Part shown: piece after piece, positions 60,554 to 64,000 of the stretch
Layout: each line of letters opens with the position of its first letter
Position numbering within the stretch: position 1 is the stretch's first letter
Notes under the pieces: model-generated
The model's input: the letters and a program-made list of their open reading frames with translations, nothing else
Databases searched by the model: none
Told to the model about the DNA's origin: nothing
Program-made: the position numbers and the translations under genes
From: Spirochaetota bacterium
GTDB lineage: Bacteria; Spirochaetota; GWB1-36-13; JAKPDD01
Direction of reading: 5' to 3'
Assembly (NCBI GenBank): GCA_029552945.1
Contig: JAKPDD010000032.1
Location: 142,377-206,376, forward strand
DNA length: 64,000 nt

Positions 60554-61261
60554 ATGAAAAAAAATACATCAAACTGGCAAGAGTTTATAAAAGGTATATA
60601 CAAAGAGAATCCTGTACTTGTAAGTACTCTTGGTTTATGCCCAACACTTGCTGTAAGCACTCAAGCTATAAATGGAATAAGCATGGGACTATCTGTAATA
60701 ATAGTACTTACATTTTCAAATCTTATAATTTCGCTTATTAAAGACTACGTACCTTCAAACTTAAGAATACCCTCATATATAATAGTAATAGCTACATTTG
60801 TTACTATACTAAAGATAATCATAGAAGGATTTTTCCCTACAATAAATAAGTCTCTCGGAATTTTTATTCCATTAATTGTAGTAAACTGTATAATACTAGG
60901 TAGAGCTGAAGCTTTTGCCTCAAGAAATAACCCATTAAAGTCAGTTTTAGATGGTATAGGTATGGGGATAGGTTTTACTATCGTACTTACAACACTTTCA
61001 ACAATAAGAGAGGTCCTGGGTAATGGAACAATAACACTTAAGATTGGTGATATTGGTACAATAATAGATGTAGGACCTTTATATAAATTATTAGGTCTTG
61101 TTGATGATAATGGAGAAAAAGCACCATTAGTCTTTTTTCTCTTACCACCCGGTGGTTTTCTTGTATTAGGCTTTCTAATGGGCACTATAAACTACCTGCA
61201 AAGAAGCATAAAATTAAACCTTGGTTTCATAAAAAGAAGAGTCAACAAGAATGGAAAATAA
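60554..61261 (+). CDS. rnfE: Rnf complex subunit E
   Basis: LGLCPTLAVSTQAINGISMGL and GIFIPLIVVNCIILGRAEAFA, collinear with RnfE. ATG at 60554 lies 8 nt after AGAGG. Confidence 0.8.
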   Translation: MKKNTSNWQEFIKGIYKENPVLVSTLGLCPTLAVSTQAINGISMGLSVIIVLTFSNLIISLIKDYVPSNLRIPSYIIVIATFVTILKIIIEGFFPTINKSLGIFIPLIVVNCIILGRAEAFASRNNPLKSVLDGIGMGIGFTIVLTTLSTIREVLGNGTITLKIGDIGTIIDVGPLYKLLGLVDDNGEKAPLVFFLLPPGGFLVLGFLMGTINYLQRSIKLNLGFIKRRVNKNGK

Positions 61262-61685
61262 AACCTACTCTATAGGTGAAATAAGTAAACTACTTAATGT
61301 ACAATCACATACTATAAGATTCTGGGAAAAAGAGTTTCCTTTCCTTTCCCCTAATAGGAGTCAATCAGGAAGGAGGACTTATACACTTGATGACCTTAAA
61401 ATGTTACAATATATAAGAGACTTACTTTATAATAAGGGGTATACTACCAAAGGTGCATTAAAAAAAATAGAAGAGGAGATAGCCCAAAAAGGAAGTTTAA
61501 TTATACAAAAAAATCCAATAGATAACAAACTTGAAAAAAAAAATGAAGTTTCTCAAGCAAACAAAGATGCTGCTAATATATCTTTAACAGAACCACTTAA
61601 AACAATAATAGATAAAAAAATAGTAATGAAAATCTATAATGAAATAGAAACTCTTATAGAAATGTGGGAAAATATTGAAAGATGA
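61251..61685 (+). CDS. MerR family transcriptional regulator
   Basis: N-terminal HTH YSIGEISKLLNVQSHTIRFWEKEF. Confidence 0.7.
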   Translation: MENKTYSIGEISKLLNVQSHTIRFWEKEFPFLSPNRSQSGRRTYTLDDLKMLQYIRDLLYNKGYTTKGALKKIEEEIAQKGSLIIQKNPIDNKLEKKNEVSQANKDAANISLTEPLKTIIDKKIVMKIYNEIETLIEMWENIER

Positions 61686-62740
61686 ACAATCAAACTGGAT
61701 CAATAAAAGAAATAATAGAAGAGATAGAAAAAAAAGACCTTTCAGAATATGCTCAATTATCTTCTAATTCTCGGGGAAGAAAAATAAAAGAGCAGGAATC
61801 TCCAATAAGAACAGTATACATGAGGGATAGGGATAGAATTATACATTCATCCAGTTTTAGAAGGCTTAAAGATAAAACTCAAGTTTTTATATTTTCACCA
61901 AATAACTTATTAAGAACAAGACTTACACATACATTGGAAGTATCACAGATATCTCGTACAATAGCAAAAGCACTAAGACTTAATGAAGACCTTGTTGAGG
62001 CAATAGCTCTGGGGCATGATTTAGGGCATTCACCTTTTGGACATGTGGGGGAAAGAACACTCTCAAAACTTTTTAAATCAGGATTCAGACACAATATACA
62101 GAGTTTAAGGGTTGTAGATTTTTTAGAAAAGAATGGGCAGGGTTTAAACTTAAGTTATGAAGTCAGGGATGGGATATTAAAACATTCAAAATGGGGGGAA
62201 AGACTCTTTGAAACAAGAAAAATGTTTGAGCCAATAACTCTTGAAGGTCAAATAGTAAAAATATGTGATAGAGTTGCTTATATAAATCATGACTTAGACG
62301 ATGCATTAAGATTTGGATTAATAAAAAAAGATGTTATCCCATTAAATACTTTAAAAATACTTGGCCATAATCATAGCAACAGGATAAATACAATTGTGGT
62401 AGATATAGTAAATACAAGTAGAAATAAAAATCTTATAATGATGAGTAATAAAGTTTTAGAAGCTATAGAAGAAACTCGACTTTTTTTATTTGAAAAAGTT
62501 TATAGACACAAAATAATAGAAAATGAATCAAAAAAAGCTGAAAGAATAATATCTGAACTTTTTCACTTTTACAAAACCAACCCTAAACTAATACTTAAAA
62601 AAACAAAAGATATAAAATATAAATTTGTATCTCTAGAAAGAAGAATTGTAGATTATATTTCTATGATGACTGATGAATATGCTCTTTATGAATATAAAAA
62701 ATACATGATGCCTAAAAAACTTTTCAGAGTAAAATTATAA
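61682..62740 (+). CDS. dGTP triphosphohydrolase-like HD-domain phosphohydrolase
   Basis: RDRDRIIHSSSFRRL, TRLTHTLEV and GHDLGHSPFGH motifs of dGTPase-family HD proteins. Confidence 0.8.
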   Translation: MNNQTGSIKEIIEEIEKKDLSEYAQLSSNSRGRKIKEQESPIRTVYMRDRDRIIHSSSFRRLKDKTQVFIFSPNNLLRTRLTHTLEVSQISRTIAKALRLNEDLVEAIALGHDLGHSPFGHVGERTLSKLFKSGFRHNIQSLRVVDFLEKNGQGLNLSYEVRDGILKHSKWGERLFETRKMFEPITLEGQIVKICDRVAYINHDLDDALRFGLIKKDVIPLNTLKILGHNHSNRINTIVVDIVNTSRNKNLIMMSNKVLEAIEETRLFLFEKVYRHKIIENESKKAERIISELFHFYKTNPKLILKKTKDIKYKFVSLERRIVDYISMMTDEYALYEYKKYMMPKKLFRVKL

Positions 62741-62816
62741 AACTCTTATTTTTAAGTTTTTTAACAGTTAAAAAATAATTGGTTAATATATATATTAAAT
62801 AAAAAGGAGGAATAAT

Positions 62817-63731
62817 ATGAAAAAATCTTTCTTACTAGTTGTTTTTATACTATCAAGTGTAACAAATGTATACCCAGATGAATACAATAATCTTATAAGC
62901 CAGGGAATAGAACTTTTTAAAAAATATGAAGATGACAAAGCACTAGAATTGTTTGAAAAAGCTAAATTTATAAACCCTATATTACCTATAGCATATTTTG
63001 GTAGTGGAATGGTCTATTATGCAAAAAAAAATATATCTAAAGCTGGCATTGAGTTCAAAAAATACGTATTTTTAGCAACCTCAGAAAATCAAAAAAAAGA
63101 TTTTATAAGAAATGTTTACCAGGCAACAGCAAAAAATAGTAATGATGAAGAAAAGACTCTGTTTAATGAAGCTTATAATTTAATAGAAGAAAAAAAGCCT
63201 GAAGAAGCTATAGAAAAATTAAAAAAAGCAATTGAAATAAACCCCTACAATGCAAGATTATATTATGAAATAGGTTATGCATATATTGATGTCAACGACT
63301 TATTTAATGCAATTTTAATGTTAGAAAAAGGAAGAGAAATAAATCCAGTATATGAACCAACATTAAAAGAATTGTTATATTGCTATATAAAATTAAATAT
63401 TGATTATAAAATAAAAGAAATCGGGAATGATCTTGAATTAATAGGTGAAGATAAACAATACCTTTATAGAGAATTGAGTTCATATTTCTATCGAACAAAA
63501 CAACATGAACTTGCTATTTATATGTTTGAAAAATTAATTAAAATAGTTCCAGAAACATATTTAGCCTACTTTTTTATTGGCAATTCCTACTATAATATTA
63601 ATAATAAACAAAAAGCAAAAGAAAACCTCAATATTTTTATACAGAATATAAATAAGATCCCAGATTCTCCGGGTTTAGATAAAAATATTCTAAGAAAGAA
63701 TGCTGAAGATATTATAAAAAAGTGTAATTAG
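62817..63731 (+). CDS. TPR repeat protein with an N-terminal signal peptide
   Basis: Signal peptide; several TPR-like repeats (AIE.L.KA.E.NP...YY..G.AY). Confidence 0.5.
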   Translation: MKKSFLLVVFILSSVTNVYPDEYNNLISQGIELFKKYEDDKALELFEKAKFINPILPIAYFGSGMVYYAKKNISKAGIEFKKYVFLATSENQKKDFIRNVYQATAKNSNDEEKTLFNEAYNLIEEKKPEEAIEKLKKAIEINPYNARLYYEIGYAYIDVNDLFNAILMLEKGREINPVYEPTLKELLYCYIKLNIDYKIKEIGNDLELIGEDKQYLYRELSSYFYRTKQHELAIYMFEKLIKIVPETYLAYFFIGNSYYNINNKQKAKENLNIFIQNINKIPDSPGLDKNILRKNAEDIIKKCN

Positions 63732-63760
63732 ATATTTTGTAAAAATTTTTTAAAACTTAT

Positions 63761-63785
63761 AACAGGAAAGATAATCTTTCCTGTT
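63761..63785. terminator. bidirectional hairpin terminator between convergent genes
   Basis: AACAGGAAAG-ATAAT-CTTTCCTGTT, a 10-bp stem, flanked by A/T runs on both strands. Confidence 0.5.
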
Positions 63786-63787
63786 AT

Positions 63788-64000
63788 TTAAACTATTCTT
63801 GCTTTTTTATAGCCAGTAATAGAATTAATCTCTTTTACTCTATATTCTTTTTCAAAGTTTATAAACCCAATGTTAGGAGAAAGTAGTAATTCTTTATATT
63901 TATCAAAAGGAAGTCCTTCTATCATAAACCTTGTTATTATACCTTTTCTATATATAGAGTTTATAAAAACTGCTCCAACTACCCTATTGTTTACTACATT
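63788..64000 (-). CDS. hypothetical protein, C-terminal fragment; the 5' part is beyond the window end
   Basis: Minus-strand open frame ending ...NSITGYKKARIV* with the stop at 63788-63790. The window boundary is in frame with no stop for 70 codons. Confidence 0.4.
   Translation of the reverse strand, partial: NVVNNRVVGAVFINSIYRKGIITRFMIEGLPFDKYKELLLSPNIGFINFEKEYRVKEINSITGYKKARIV

Noticed and set aside
1-64000. CRISPR arrays, tRNA/rRNA genes, integrases, transposases, restriction-modification or toxin-antitoxin pairs
   Set aside because: I looked for regularly spaced direct repeats, GC-rich structured RNA segments and recombinase motifs and found none. Every gap of 100 nt or more is an ordinary AT-rich promoter or terminator region.

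Overview
64 kb, strongly AT-rich (about 30% GC by eye), densely coding chromosomal DNA with about 60 CDS. I found no rRNA, tRNA, CRISPR array, integrase or transposase, so this looks like core genome rather than an island. Gene content points to an anaerobic, flagellated, diderm bacterium. Evidence: Rnf complex subunits, the [FeFe]-hydrogenase maturase HydF, radical-SAM proteins, a fliK-flgD-flgE-flbD-motA-motB module, and BamA, Skp and Omp85 outer-membrane proteins. Features in window order: rpsA (partial), uppP, ftsK, an aspartase/fumarase-family lyase overlapping hydF, metK, rplM-rpsI, a minus-strand array (radical SAM, membrane protein, class III PhaC, livHMGF), acpP, tyrS, an HDOD signalling protein, the flagellar hook/motor module, a frameshifted TIM-barrel gene, ruvX-thiL-methyltransferase, bactofilin, pdxA, a dual-cNMP-binding protein plus PilZ, tyrA, a 1604-aa Ser/Thr-kinase/NTPase/TPR/GAF/PP2C fusion protein, an Rrf2 regulator, a cimA-like synthase, bamA with tandem skp, an Smr protein, uvrC, metF, a second Omp85 paralog in an operon with folK and unknown secreted proteins, leuA overlapping rnfCDGE (no rnfA/rnfB), a MerR regulator, a dGTPase and a TPR protein. 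The two most system-like candidates for follow-up are the giant kinase-phosphatase sensor protein and the Omp85-paralog operon; both are hypotheses from domain recognition, not database hits. All protein calls rest on motif and family recognition by eye.
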